Shown here: positions 17,153 to 27,069 of the stretch, in pieces | Numbering within the stretch: position 1 is the first letter of the stretch | How the letters are laid out: each line of letters opens with the position of its first letter | Source of the DNA: Geobacteraceae bacterium | Lineage (GTDB): Bacteria; Desulfobacterota; Desulfuromonadia; Geobacterales; Pseudopelobacteraceae | Reading direction: 5' to 3' | Assembly (NCBI GenBank): GCA_021286935.1 | Contig: JAJTBI010000003.1 | Location: 13,857 to 77,856 of the forward strand | Length of the DNA: 64,000 nucleotides | Program-made: the position numbers and the translations under genes | The notes under the pieces: generated by a model | Database searches by the model: none | What the model was told of the DNA's origin: nothing | The model's input: only the letters and a program-made list of their open reading frames with translations

Positions 17153-17932
17153 CTATTGGGGTAAATCCAATACCTGCTGCAGGGCTGCATCAATGGCAGC
17201 CGTGTCCACGATGGTGTTGTAACAAGGGCCGTGGGGGCGCAGGTTCAGGACGCCGATGACCGGTAGCGGGTAGCAATCCTTGATGCCGGAGGTCAGGTCC
17301 CGCTCACAGGCCACAGCCAGCACCAGCTTGGGACGTTTCTCCACAATTACCTTGCGGGCCAGGGTGCCGCCGGTGGCCACCGAGATATCAATCCCGTATT
17401 TCCTGCCGATCTCCACCAGTCCCTTGATGTCACAGCGTCCGCACAGCACGCATTTATTCACGTCGCCGGTCACCTTTATCTCACAATCAAACAACTGAAT
17501 ACAGTGGGGCAGCAGGATCAGGATCCGGTCCGGCCGCACCTTGTATTTCTGGGAAATCACCAATGAGTTGTTCATGGCAATAAAGGATTGACGGATCCGG
17601 TCCTTGTCCAGCCCCAGTATCCTGCCTACAAATTCAATCATCGGCAGCAGGAACTTGATCACCACCAGACGCATGAAGCGGGTAAAGAAGATGTCTTTAC
17701 CCAAGGCTGTGGTCAGTACCAGCAGGCCGGTACCCAGAATGGCAACGCCGGACAGGACTAAGACCACCAGTCCGACCATCCGGGGTAGGTCAGGGTGGAT
17801 ATTGGCCAGGCCACGGCTGGGTACCCACCAGGCCAGAAAGATCACTACTACTAAAACTATGCAGGTCAGCCCCATCAGGGCGATAAAGAGCCGCTTGCGG
17901 GGGGCTGCGGTTTGCTCCTGAACATCACTCAT
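17153..17932 (-). CDS. DUF116-family membrane protein
   Basis: Two N-terminal TM helices; LPHCIQ, CVLCGRCDI, ATGGTLAR and AVACERDL motifs; downstream of fmt. Confidence 0.8.
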   Translation of the reverse strand: MSDVQEQTAAPRKRLFIALMGLTCIVLVVVIFLAWWVPSRGLANIHPDLPRMVGLVVLVLSGVAILGTGLLVLTTALGKDIFFTRFMRLVVIKFLLPMIEFVGRILGLDKDRIRQSFIAMNNSLVISQKYKVRPDRILILLPHCIQLFDCEIKVTGDVNKCVLCGRCDIKGLVEIGRKYGIDISVATGGTLARKVIVEKRPKLVLAVACERDLTSGIKDCYPLPVIGVLNLRPHGPCYNTIVDTAAIDAALQQVLDLPQ

Positions 17933-18879
17933 ACAGCTACCTCATGGGGCGTCAGCAGGGTGCCGAGTGCCAGGGGATGGCCTGCCAGAAAGCTGGCCGC
18001 CTCCATTTTTTTGCTGCCTGCTGCCTGCAGTTCGTGGATGATCAGGGAACCTTGACCGCAAGCCACCTCAATCCCGTTTTTACCGGTGGCAATGATGGTG
18101 CCGGGGAGACCGGAGCCTTGTCCGATACTGGTGCGGTACAGCTTTAGCGGGGCACCCTCAAGGAGGGTGACAGCCCCTGGCCAGATAGAAAGACCACGGA
18201 TCTGATTGTGCAGCTCAACTGCCGGACGCTGCCAGTCGATCAGGCCATGTTCCTTTTTCAGCAATGGGGCGTAGCAGCTCTGGCTGTCGTTCTGAGTTTC
18301 AGGAGTGATCTGTCCTGCCTTCAGGCCATCAAGGGTTTCGCCTAATAGCTCTGCTCCCAAGTGCGACATCCGGTCGTGTAATGATTGTATCCCCTCGTCC
18401 GGTCCAATCGGGGTTGCCTTTTTCAGCAGCATCGGGCCGGTGTCCAGCCCTACATCCATCAACATCGTGGTGACACCGGTTTCGTTCTCGCCGTGGACAA
18501 TGCACCAGTTGAGCGGCGCAGCACCACGATAGCGGGGCAGCAGCGAGGCATGGACATTGACGCAGCCTTGGGGCGGGATCTCCAGCAGTGCTTTGGGCAG
18601 GATCTGGCCAAAGGCCACCACCACGATCAGGTCGGGCTTCAGCCCGCGGATCTGTTCGATTACCTCCGGTGCTCGCACCTTGGGTGGTTGAAAGACCGCT
18701 ATATTGTGCTGCAGGGCCAGCTCTTTTACCGGGGGGGGCTGCAGTTTCTGGCCACGTCCTTTGGGCCGGTCAGGCTGGGTAAAGACCGCCACGATATTTT
18801 CATTGCGATCAAGCAGGGTCTGCAGGGTGGGGCAGGCAAACTCCGGTGTACCCATAAAGATAATCCGCCAACCGGTCAT
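17929..18879 (-). CDS. fmt: Methionyl-tRNA formyltransferase
   Basis: FMGTPEFA, TQPDRPKGRG, NVHASLLPRYRGAAP. Confidence 0.98.
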   Translation of the reverse strand: MTGWRIIFMGTPEFACPTLQTLLDRNENIVAVFTQPDRPKGRGQKLQPPPVKELALQHNIAVFQPPKVRAPEVIEQIRGLKPDLIVVVAFGQILPKALLEIPPQGCVNVHASLLPRYRGAAPLNWCIVHGENETGVTTMLMDVGLDTGPMLLKKATPIGPDEGIQSLHDRMSHLGAELLGETLDGLKAGQITPETQNDSQSCYAPLLKKEHGLIDWQRPAVELHNQIRGLSIWPGAVTLLEGAPLKLYRTSIGQGSGLPGTIIATGKNGIEVACGQGSLIIHELQAAGSKKMEAASFLAGHPLALGTLLTPHEVAV

Positions 18880-19376
18880 TGGGCGCTCCGCTTTTTGCTC
18901 TTTTTGACAAACAGGTCCCGCTTCAGCGGCGAAAGGCGATCCACAAACAGGATGCCATCCAGATGGTCAATCTCATGCTGGAAGGCAACGGCCAGCAGAT
19001 CCTCTGCGTGCCAGATCCGTTCCTGGCCCTCAAGGGACAGCCCTTTTACCACCACCCGTTCATAACGTTTAACGTTGGCGGAGAAATCAGGGACCGAGAG
19101 ACAACCTTCTTCTTCGTAGGTTTCGCCCTCGCCCTGGATAATCGCCGGGTTGATGACAGTGATCAGTTGCGGCGCTTCATTTTTTGCAGCCACATCAATC
19201 ACGATCACCCGCTGGAGAACTCCGATCTGTGGGGCTGCCAGGCCAACACCGGGGGCATCGTACATGGTTTCAGCCATGTCTTTGGCCAGCTGGATGATCT
19301 CATCGGTGATGATGGTGACCGGCGCTGATTTTTGCTTGAGAAGCGGGTCAGGAAAAGTGAGAATGGGACGAATCAT
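18876..19376 (-). CDS. def: Peptide deformylase
   Basis: GVGLAAPQIG, EGCLSVP, QHEIDHLDG. Confidence 0.98.
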   Translation of the reverse strand: MIRPILTFPDPLLKQKSAPVTIITDEIIQLAKDMAETMYDAPGVGLAAPQIGVLQRVIVIDVAAKNEAPQLITVINPAIIQGEGETYEEEGCLSVPDFSANVKRYERVVVKGLSLEGQERIWHAEDLLAVAFQHEIDHLDGILFVDRLSPLKRDLFVKKSKKRSAQ

Positions 19377-19467
19377 AGTCAGAATACTCGTTGTCTGGTA
19401 AGATGTTTAAAAATACTTTATATCAATTTCTGAGCAACAAAATCAACTATGTTGCACGGAGTAAGTC

Positions 19468-19683
19468 ATGACGGAGCCGATCCAGGGGGTTGTAAAGACA
19501 GATGGGGTTGAACGTCGTCGTAGTGCAACGCAGGAACGAATGCGGCGTCTGTATGGCGATATTGCACGGGATCATGACGACATTGAAGAGGATGATAGCG
19601 TGGAGATCTCTGAGGAGGCGCGTAAGCGATCTGACGGGACCTATCGCAAGTCTATCCTGGAGCATCTTGAAGATGATGAATAG
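19468..19683 (+). CDS. Small acidic hypothetical protein
   Basis: SD GGAG and ATG start; divergent from def; contains DSVEISEEAR. Confidence 0.6.
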   Translation: MTEPIQGVVKTDGVERRRSATQERMRRLYGDIARDHDDIEEDDSVEISEEARKRSDGTYRKSILEHLEDDE

Positions 19684-19687
19684 CCTG

Positions 19688-20536
19688 CTAGCTGAAGAAT
19701 GACTGATCCTTGGTGTAGGCTTCAATAAACCGTTCAAGCAGGGCGGTGGTCCGCTCTTCCCCCAGGCCAAGTTGCGTTGCCGGCAGGCTTCCCGCAACAT
19801 CCAGCTCTTCCTCTGCAGCCAGGGTGCCAACCCCGTAGCGGTGGCAGAACAGGTTTGAAAGGCTGACCACGTTGGTAAGATTGGAAAGATAGGGGTCTGC
19901 ATCTTCTCCCAGATCAAGGCTGTGGTGGGCCTGGACCGCCTTGATCAGGTGTTCGGGGAAGTTCCATTTTTTGATAACCAGGGCCCCGGCTTCTTCGTGG
20001 GTGTAGTGGAACAACAGCTGTTCTGCCTGAGCAAACGGGATGCCTTCGTTATAGCACATCTGCATTACTTCCTGAAACTTGTCCTTATCCAGAAAGTTCA
20101 TGATCTGCTTGCCAATATCGTGAAACAAGCCCCCTAAAAAGGCCTCATCAGGGTTGATCTGGCGCAGTTCCTGGGCAATCAGGCGGGCCGCAAGTCCAGC
20201 ACCAAAGGAGTGTTCCCAGAGCAGTTTCTCTGTCAGGCCATAGGGGTGATAGACCTGCTTGACCGATGCGGTTACCACCACACTTTTCAGGGTAACAAAG
20301 CCAAGCATCATGATGGCGTGGGGCAGCGTCTGGATCTGACGTTGGGCTCCGTAAAACGACGAGTTGGAGATTTTCAGTACCCTGGCTGCTACTGCCGGGT
20401 CTGAAGCCACCACTCTGGCCAGGTCATCAGCAGTGGAGTTTTCATCCTCCATCAGTTGCATCACTTTGGTGGCAACTACCGGGATGGTAGGCAGGTCGCC
20501 AGCCGTCATGATGATCTGTTCCAGGTCTTTACTCAT
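19688..20536 (-). CDS. HDOD-domain signalling protein
   Basis: LPTIP, DPAVAARVLKISNS, LWEHS, GLFHDIGK, WNFP. Start placed at MSKDLE. Confidence 0.88.
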   Translation of the reverse strand: MSKDLEQIIMTAGDLPTIPVVATKVMQLMEDENSTADDLARVVASDPAVAARVLKISNSSFYGAQRQIQTLPHAIMMLGFVTLKSVVVTASVKQVYHPYGLTEKLLWEHSFGAGLAARLIAQELRQINPDEAFLGGLFHDIGKQIMNFLDKDKFQEVMQMCYNEGIPFAQAEQLLFHYTHEEAGALVIKKWNFPEHLIKAVQAHHSLDLGEDADPYLSNLTNVVSLSNLFCHRYGVGTLAAEEELDVAGSLPATQLGLGEERTTALLERFIEAYTKDQSFFS

Positions 20537-20701
20537 GCTGTTTCCCCTGTCGTTCTGTGTACAACAGTTGCCTATCAGTTGCGACATACTATTCCATAAA
20601 ACTGTAAAGAATCAAGCAGTTCGGCAGAATTATTTGAATATTTGCAGTTTTGTCTGTATACTCCCCCCCAATCTTGCTGCTAAACAAAAGGAAAATTAAC
20701 C

Positions 20702-22612
20702 ATGTATAGAAAAAGGACGACAGTTTTGCCGCTCCTTGTCAGCGCTTTTTTTCTGCTGACCGGCTTTAGCTGGAACTTTGGCGGAGACAAGTGCAAGGAT
20801 GCCCTTGAACTGGCAAACAAGCTCCCTGCCATTAGTGATGATGCCACCAGAACCAGGGAGGAAGCCCAGATTCTGGCGAACTGTCCTGATGGCGCTGCTG
20901 CCCAATTTGTGCAGGGACTTCAGGCGGAGCGGGTCGGAAACATTGATGGCGCTATTGCCGCCTATCGGCGTAGCCTGCAAAAGGAACCTGGTTTTGCCGC
21001 TGCCTCAGGTAATCTGGGAATACTGTACCTGCAGAAGGGGTTACAGGATGATGCCGCCGTTGCGTTGACCAAAGGACTGTCCGTTCAGTCTGTGCCCGCT
21101 TATCACAAAGCCTTGGCCAGAATCATGACGGACAAGAAATTTTATGCCCTTGCCCTGTATCATTATGGTGAGGCCGGAAGCAAATTGCCATCTGATGCCG
21201 GCGTGCTGGCGGGACAGGCGGAAGTCTATGCTGCTCAGGGGCAGACCGACCGGGCGGTTGATGAGTTTCGGCGGGCGTTGCTGCTGGACCCTGCCCACGA
21301 ACAGGCCTCTCTCTCTTTGGCAGGTATTTATTTGCAGCAGAATCAGCAGGATGCTGCGTTGGAGCTGCTGAAAAAGGCCTCTACCGCTAATCCTCGCAGT
21401 AGTCGTCTGCATCTGATGCTTGCTGATATTTATGACAAGAAGGGTGATGCAAAACAGGCAGATTACGAACGTTTGCTGGGGGGTAAAAAGGGAACGACTG
21501 TCGTAGAAGAACAGCCCGCTAAGCCGGAGGGCTTTGTGTTGGGTGACCAGCTGGCTGCCAAGGGAGAGGTGGATAAGGCTGCTGATGCCTATCGTGCTGT
21601 GCTTCAGCAACAGCCTGATGCCGTTGAGCCCCATGAAAAACTGGGCAATCTGTATTTTCGTGCAGGACGCGAAGCGGATGCTGTCTTGGCCTACCGTGAG
21701 GCGGTTCATCTTGGCTCATCCAATGCAGAAGTGTATTACAATCTTGGCCAGCTGTACGAAAAACGTAATCAGTTGGATGAGGCGGTGGTTTCCTATAAAC
21801 GAGCCATTGAAAAGAAGCCGACTTTTGCAGAGGCACGTCTGAAACTGGCTGATATCCGCCTGGGACGGGGTAATACCCAGGAAGCGGTTGAACAGTATGT
21901 CGAGTTCCTGAAGCTGAAGCCGGAAAGTGCTGATATCCATCTGAAGCTTGCCAGGATTTTTGTGAAAAACAAGAACCTGAATCTTGCGGAAGAATCCTAT
22001 AAAGCGGTCTTGAAGCTTGCTCCTGATAATGTGGAGGCAAACCGGGAACTTGCTGCGGTGTATCGGGCCAAAGGTGCAACTGACAAGGCGGTTGAGCATT
22101 ACACCAAGGCGCTTGAGCTGCAGGAGGATGACAGTGAGAGCCGTAATGCCCTGGTGGCCATTTATGTCAAAGACAAGAAATACGATGAGTTGGTAGAGCT
22201 GTTGCAAGAGGCGGTGGAGCTGGCTCCTGACGATGCCAATAATCATTACAAGCTGGGCCTGATTTATGACTTTAAAAAAGAATACGATAATGCCATTGCC
22301 AGCTACAAAAAAGCGGCAGAGTTAAAGCCGGACCATGCCCGTGCCCTGCATGCACTTGGTCGGGTCTATATGAAGACCGGTCGCCTTTCAGAGGCCCGTG
22401 AAGCACTTGAAGCTGCCAAGAAGGCAGATCCAAATATGGAAGAGACCTCGGTGCTGCTGAACAATATCCGGGACGAATTCAATCCTGCTCCCCGTAAGGC
22501 TGGCAAATCAAAGAAAGCAAAAAAAGGGAAGAGCAAGAGTAAAAGTAAAAGCAAGAAAGGCAGTTCAAAGTCAAGCAAGGCAAAGACACCAGCCAAGAAA
22601 AAGTCTCACTGA
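20702..22612 (+). CDS. Exported tetratricopeptide-repeat protein with a Lys/Ser-rich C-tail
   Basis: N-terminal signal/TM segment, many TPR-like helix pairs, C-terminal KSKSKSKSKK tail. Confidence 0.85.
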   Translation: MYRKRTTVLPLLVSAFFLLTGFSWNFGGDKCKDALELANKLPAISDDATRTREEAQILANCPDGAAAQFVQGLQAERVGNIDGAIAAYRRSLQKEPGFAAASGNLGILYLQKGLQDDAAVALTKGLSVQSVPAYHKALARIMTDKKFYALALYHYGEAGSKLPSDAGVLAGQAEVYAAQGQTDRAVDEFRRALLLDPAHEQASLSLAGIYLQQNQQDAALELLKKASTANPRSSRLHLMLADIYDKKGDAKQADYERLLGGKKGTTVVEEQPAKPEGFVLGDQLAAKGEVDKAADAYRAVLQQQPDAVEPHEKLGNLYFRAGREADAVLAYREAVHLGSSNAEVYYNLGQLYEKRNQLDEAVVSYKRAIEKKPTFAEARLKLADIRLGRGNTQEAVEQYVEFLKLKPESADIHLKLARIFVKNKNLNLAEESYKAVLKLAPDNVEANRELAAVYRAKGATDKAVEHYTKALELQEDDSESRNALVAIYVKDKKYDELVELLQEAVELAPDDANNHYKLGLIYDFKKEYDNAIASYKKAAELKPDHARALHALGRVYMKTGRLSEAREALEAAKKADPNMEETSVLLNNIRDEFNPAPRKAGKSKKAKKGKSKSKSKSKKGSSKSSKAKTPAKKKSH

Positions 22613-22621
22613 CAGACCGTC

Positions 22622-22651
22622 GGCGGCCAGTACTCTCTGGCCGCCTTTTTT
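22622..22651 (+). terminator. Intrinsic terminator
   Basis: GGCGGCCAG-N6-CTGGCCGCC-TTTTTT. Confidence 0.8.
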
Positions 22652-22687
22652 AGCAGCTGGCAGCACCTACCCATACAGACTCGAGCC

Positions 22688-25600
22688 GTGACCATGCCTT
22701 CATCATCACTGCCGGAATATTTCCCTTTTACGATTCAACTGACTGCCCGTGCCCAGGAACAGTTTGGTGCAGATTCGCTGCTGTTCTGTCATGGTGTTGG
22801 CTATCCTCCCATTCTGTTCTACCGTCGCCTGGCTTCCAGTATGGCCAGGGCAGGTGGTGCTCCTGCCGTAATAACCGCCGCACAACTCAATCTGTATGCT
22901 TCACTTTTACGGATCTACCGCCATCTGGTGGATGAGGTGGGTAAGGGGGAGCAGCGGAGTCTGCTGGCTGATGCGCTGCAGCAGACCGGACTGGATTCTG
23001 TTGGGACGCTGGTCGGACAGACCTTTGCTGCCTTTGAGGTGCTGTTTCCACCAGGTTGTGATCTGGCTGCACTGGATGAAGAGCAGCATGAGTATCTGTT
23101 GTTGCGAGAGTTGCTACTGCTTAATCTGGCGGCCCATAACCGGGCCGTTGATCCCTTCCGTGTGTTGCTGGATGACCGGCAGCTGGCAGATGCTGCGCCG
23201 TATCGCAAGGTGGTTGCCGGGATTGAACAGGTACTTGCCAAAGGGCCGGTACTGCCTGGTATCGGGCTGACACTGGTTGAGGCGTTGCATGCCCCACTTG
23301 TAGCGGCCCCGGATTCACTGGCCGGACAGTTGGGCTATATCCGTGAGCAGTGGGCTGAAGCTTTGCCATCGGCACTGTTGGAAGAGCTGCTGACCGCCTT
23401 TGATATTCTGGATGAGGAACAGCGCCAATGGTCTGATGGCGGCGCCGGTCCTGCAGAAGTGCTGCAGTTTGGTTTGCCGGGGGGAGCAGGTGCAGGTAGT
23501 CACTTGGGGACAGCTACCGATAGCTTCTACCATGGTGCCGGACACCATGCAGGCTACGACCAGCCGGAGTATGAGGCTTTTTCGGCTGACGCCGATTGGA
23601 TGTCCAATGTGGTGATGATGGCCAAGATGACCCATGTCTGGCTGGATCAACTCTCAAAAAACTACGCCCACCCCATTGCCCGCCTTGATCAGGTGCCGGA
23701 TGCCGAACTGGATCGTCTGGCTGCCTGGGGCTTCACCGGCCTCTGGCTGATCGGTCTCTGGGAACGCTCGTCCGCCTCACAGCGGATCAAACAGTTATGC
23801 GGCAATCCAGAGGCCCATGCCTCTGCCTACTCGCTGTATGATTACACCATCGCAGCAGATCTGGGTGGTGAGACAGCCTTTCTGAATCTGAAACAGCGGG
23901 CCTGGCAACGTGGTATCCGTCTTGCCAGCGATATGGTCCCCAACCATACCGGCCTTTTTTCCCGCTGGGTGCTGGAACATCCTGACTGGTTCATTCAGAC
24001 TGACTATGCCCCGTTTCCTACCTACCAGTTTAACGGCGAAGACCTTTCCCCTGATCCGTCAGTCACACTTCAGATTGAAGATGGCTACTGGAACAAACAG
24101 GATGCGGCGGTGGTCTTCAGGATGATCGACCGCCGGGATGGTCGTACCCGCTACATCTACCACGGTAATGACGGCACCAGTATCCCCTGGAACGACACGG
24201 CTCAGCTGAACTACCTGATCCCACAGGTACGTGAGACGGTGATTCAGACTATCCTGCATGTGGCCCGGCTGACCCCGATCATCCGTTTTGATGCGGCCAT
24301 GACCCTGGCGAAGAAGCATTACCAGCGGCTCTGGTATCCGCAACGGGGGTTGGGTGGCGGTATCCCTTCCCGCGCTGAACATGCCATGGGGCGGGATGAG
24401 TTTGATGCGGTCTTCCCGGTGGAGTTCTGGCGTGAAGTGGTGGACCGGATGGCGCAGGAGGCACCGGATACCCTGCTGCTGGCCGAGGCGTTCTGGATGA
24501 TGGAAGGCTATTTCGTTCGTACGCTGGGGATGCATCGGGTCTACAACTCTGCCTTCATGAATATGCTCAAACAGGAGGAAAATGCCAAGTATCGCCAGAC
24601 AATCAAAAACGTACTTGAGTTTAATCCTGAGATCCTGAAGCGGTTTGTCAACTTCATGAACAACCCGGATGAAAAGACGGCAGTGGAACAGTTTGGCACC
24701 CAGGGCAAATACTTTGGGGCCTGCGTGCTGCTTTCAACCATGCCGGGTCTGCCGATGTTTGGACATGGCCAGATTGAGGGGTTCCATGAAAAGTACGGCA
24801 TGGAGTACCGTAAGGCCTATTGGAATGAGTCGGTTGACCAGGGCTTGGTACGCGGTCATGAACTCTGGATCTTCCCGCTTCTGAAGCGGCGCAAGCTCTT
24901 TTCCGGTTCAGAAAACTTTGCCCTGTATGATTTTTACTGCCATGACGGCAGTGTGGATGAAAACGTCTTTGCCTATAGTAACCGGTTGGGTGAACAGCGG
25001 GCGTTGGTACTGTACAACAACCGCTATGGTGCAACCTCCGGCTGGATCAGGATGGCCACGCCGGTTGCGCAGAAAGGGAGTGGTGAAACAACGGAATACT
25101 CCACCGGTTCCCTGGGGCAGGCCCTGGCAGTACCTGATGATCCCCGCTGTTTTCTGGCGTTTCGTGAAATTTCCACCCAGCATGAATATCTGCGTAACGC
25201 CGCTGAGATCTGCCAACGTGGGATGTATGCAGAACTTTCAGAGTATGAGTTTCATGTCTTTCTCGATTTCAGAATCCTTAAGGATACCCCGGAAACGCCT
25301 TGGGCGGAGCTGTGCGGGCATCTGGCAGGCAGGGGGGTCGCATCCCTTGAGGAGGAGCGGATTCAATTGCTCAATCAGCCGCTGATTGGGGCCTTTGCTG
25401 AATGCCTGCAACTGCTGCAGCAGCCAGTCCTGCTGGACAGTGCACTGCAAAGGTACTGTGCCGAGTTGCCGCCGGTTGCCGCCGCTGAAATAGATCGGTC
25501 GGGCCTGATGGTCAGCCTGGTCGCGGCGCACCAGCCTGATGTTGCAGCCAAGGCTTTGCGGCAGTTGCGCAGGAGCGGCGTGAACAGAAAAATGTTAGCG

Positions 25601-26086
25601 CTTGATCAGAAAAACCGCCGTCAGGTGCTGGCTATTCTGCTGACCCGTATGCTGGTTCTGCCATTACGTGATGACGCCTTACAGCTCTATGGACTGTGCC
25701 GACCTCTGGCTGACTTTGTCTTAGACGGAAGCAGCCAGGGGCGGCAGTCTGAGGTCTGGATAAGTCAACTGAGTAGTGCCGTTGGATTGGGTTGCGGGAT
25801 CTGGTTGACAGAGGCTGCTCCAGGCCGACTGGCTCAGTTGTTTGAAAAACAACTGATCAGTTCTTTCCTGTTGGTCCATGATGATGGTGGTACGCTCTGG
25901 TTTAACAAGGAACGGTTTGATGAGCTGCTTGTCTGGCTGGCGTTGCAGGTGTCGTTTGAATCTGTGCAGGATGAACAGGTACAATTGGTGCCAGTGAAAG
26001 AGTTGGAGGCACTGGCTGCAGCTGCAGGGTATCGTGTCAGGACATTTGTGAAGCTGGCAGCGGGGCTGCAGGAGGATGACGCGTGA
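22688..26086 (+). CDS. Large GH13 alpha-amylase-family protein
   Basis: DMVPNH (region I), RFDAAM (nucleophile Asp), LAEAFW (acid/base Glu), FMNNPDE (region IV). Confidence 0.85.
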   Translation: MTMPSSSLPEYFPFTIQLTARAQEQFGADSLLFCHGVGYPPILFYRRLASSMARAGGAPAVITAAQLNLYASLLRIYRHLVDEVGKGEQRSLLADALQQTGLDSVGTLVGQTFAAFEVLFPPGCDLAALDEEQHEYLLLRELLLLNLAAHNRAVDPFRVLLDDRQLADAAPYRKVVAGIEQVLAKGPVLPGIGLTLVEALHAPLVAAPDSLAGQLGYIREQWAEALPSALLEELLTAFDILDEEQRQWSDGGAGPAEVLQFGLPGGAGAGSHLGTATDSFYHGAGHHAGYDQPEYEAFSADADWMSNVVMMAKMTHVWLDQLSKNYAHPIARLDQVPDAELDRLAAWGFTGLWLIGLWERSSASQRIKQLCGNPEAHASAYSLYDYTIAADLGGETAFLNLKQRAWQRGIRLASDMVPNHTGLFSRWVLEHPDWFIQTDYAPFPTYQFNGEDLSPDPSVTLQIEDGYWNKQDAAVVFRMIDRRDGRTRYIYHGNDGTSIPWNDTAQLNYLIPQVRETVIQTILHVARLTPIIRFDAAMTLAKKHYQRLWYPQRGLGGGIPSRAEHAMGRDEFDAVFPVEFWREVVDRMAQEAPDTLLLAEAFWMMEGYFVRTLGMHRVYNSAFMNMLKQEENAKYRQTIKNVLEFNPEILKRFVNFMNNPDEKTAVEQFGTQGKYFGACVLLSTMPGLPMFGHGQIEGFHEKYGMEYRKAYWNESVDQGLVRGHELWIFPLLKRRKLFSGSENFALYDFYCHDGSVDENVFAYSNRLGEQRALVLYNNRYGATSGWIRMATPVAQKGSGETTEYSTGSLGQALAVPDDPRCFLAFREISTQHEYLRNAAEICQRGMYAELSEYEFHVFLDFRILKDTPETPWAELCGHLAGRGVASLEEERIQLLNQPLIGAFAECLQLLQQPVLLDSALQRYCAELPPVAAAEIDRSGLMVSLVAAHQPDVAAKALRQLRRSGVNRKMLALDQKNRRQVLAILLTRMLVLPLRDDALQLYGLCRPLADFVLDGSSQGRQSEVWISQLSSAVGLGCGIWLTEAAPGRLAQLFEKQLISSFLLVHDDGGTLWFNKERFDELLVWLALQVSFESVQDEQVQLVPVKELEALAAAAGYRVRTFVKLAAGLQEDDA

Positions 26087-27066
26087 TGCGACAACGGTTT
26101 TTGCTACTGTTTTGTATCCTGTTGATGGCGTACGTTGTTCCTGTCTATGCTGAAGAACCTGCCAAACCCCAACAGGCGCCGGCCTCTGGACGGACCCTCA
26201 AGGAGTACCTTTTTGGCAGCAAAGAGCTCGGTTGGGCAGACCTTGATTGGGAGACGGATCTTTACTATTCAAATGTTTCACTCAATATTCCGCTGGATGG
26301 TTCGCCGATTCCCCATGTTTCAGGACAGGATGAGTTCGAGATCTACAGCAGGTTGTGGCTGCACTCCCTGGTTCCGCGCTTTATGCTGGTTGAAGCATCG
26401 GTTATGCCGTTACCTCTGGCCGGGGTTGCCCTGAAGGAATATGCCAAAGACTTCTACGGTATTGCCGATATCGGCCGTAATCAAAACGTAATTCAGTGGT
26501 TGACTGCCGGTTTTGAAGAACCGTACGCATTTTCGGTATTTATGGGTGATATGGTGAAATTTGACAAGCCGGGGGAGGAACGGCTCTCCTCAAATAAGGG
26601 CTATATGGGCTATCTCCTCAGTTATTCAAATCAGCACATTAAGAATAACGTCCTGATACCAGATCATTCCCTTGAGGCGGAGTGGAAGATGAAGGGAGAG
26701 CGTAGTTTTAAGGATGAAAAACTCTCCTGGAGCTTCCGGCTTGGCGCCAAGGTGCATGAAAACCCTGATATTGCCAATACGTTCTATGTCGGATTCCGGC
26801 GTAGTAACCTGGATTTCAGGGTGAACCCGTTTGAGTTTCTGCGAAACAGTACCTTTGATGTTCGTTGGGACATCGGCGCCAAGCATGGTGACTTGTTACG
26901 TCAGGAGTATGTACTGGGTAAAAAATTTCCGATTAAATCCTGGGGGGTTGCGCTCAAGCTTGATGTCGGTATGATCTGGGAAGATCCGTCCCGTTACAGT
27001 GGCAGTCTGCATGATACCAATGCCTCCAACTTCACGCTTGTGCTGCGTCCCAATATCCAGTTTTAA
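26083..27066 (+). CDS. Exported hypothetical protein, possible outer-membrane barrel
   Basis: Signal peptide, C-terminal LRPNIQF, start overlaps the GH13 stop. Confidence 0.65.
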   Translation: MMRQRFLLLFCILLMAYVVPVYAEEPAKPQQAPASGRTLKEYLFGSKELGWADLDWETDLYYSNVSLNIPLDGSPIPHVSGQDEFEIYSRLWLHSLVPRFMLVEASVMPLPLAGVALKEYAKDFYGIADIGRNQNVIQWLTAGFEEPYAFSVFMGDMVKFDKPGEERLSSNKGYMGYLLSYSNQHIKNNVLIPDHSLEAEWKMKGERSFKDEKLSWSFRLGAKVHENPDIANTFYVGFRRSNLDFRVNPFEFLRNSTFDVRWDIGAKHGDLLRQEYVLGKKFPIKSWGVALKLDVGMIWEDPSRYSGSLHDTNASNFTLVLRPNIQF

Positions 27067-27069
27067 CCA

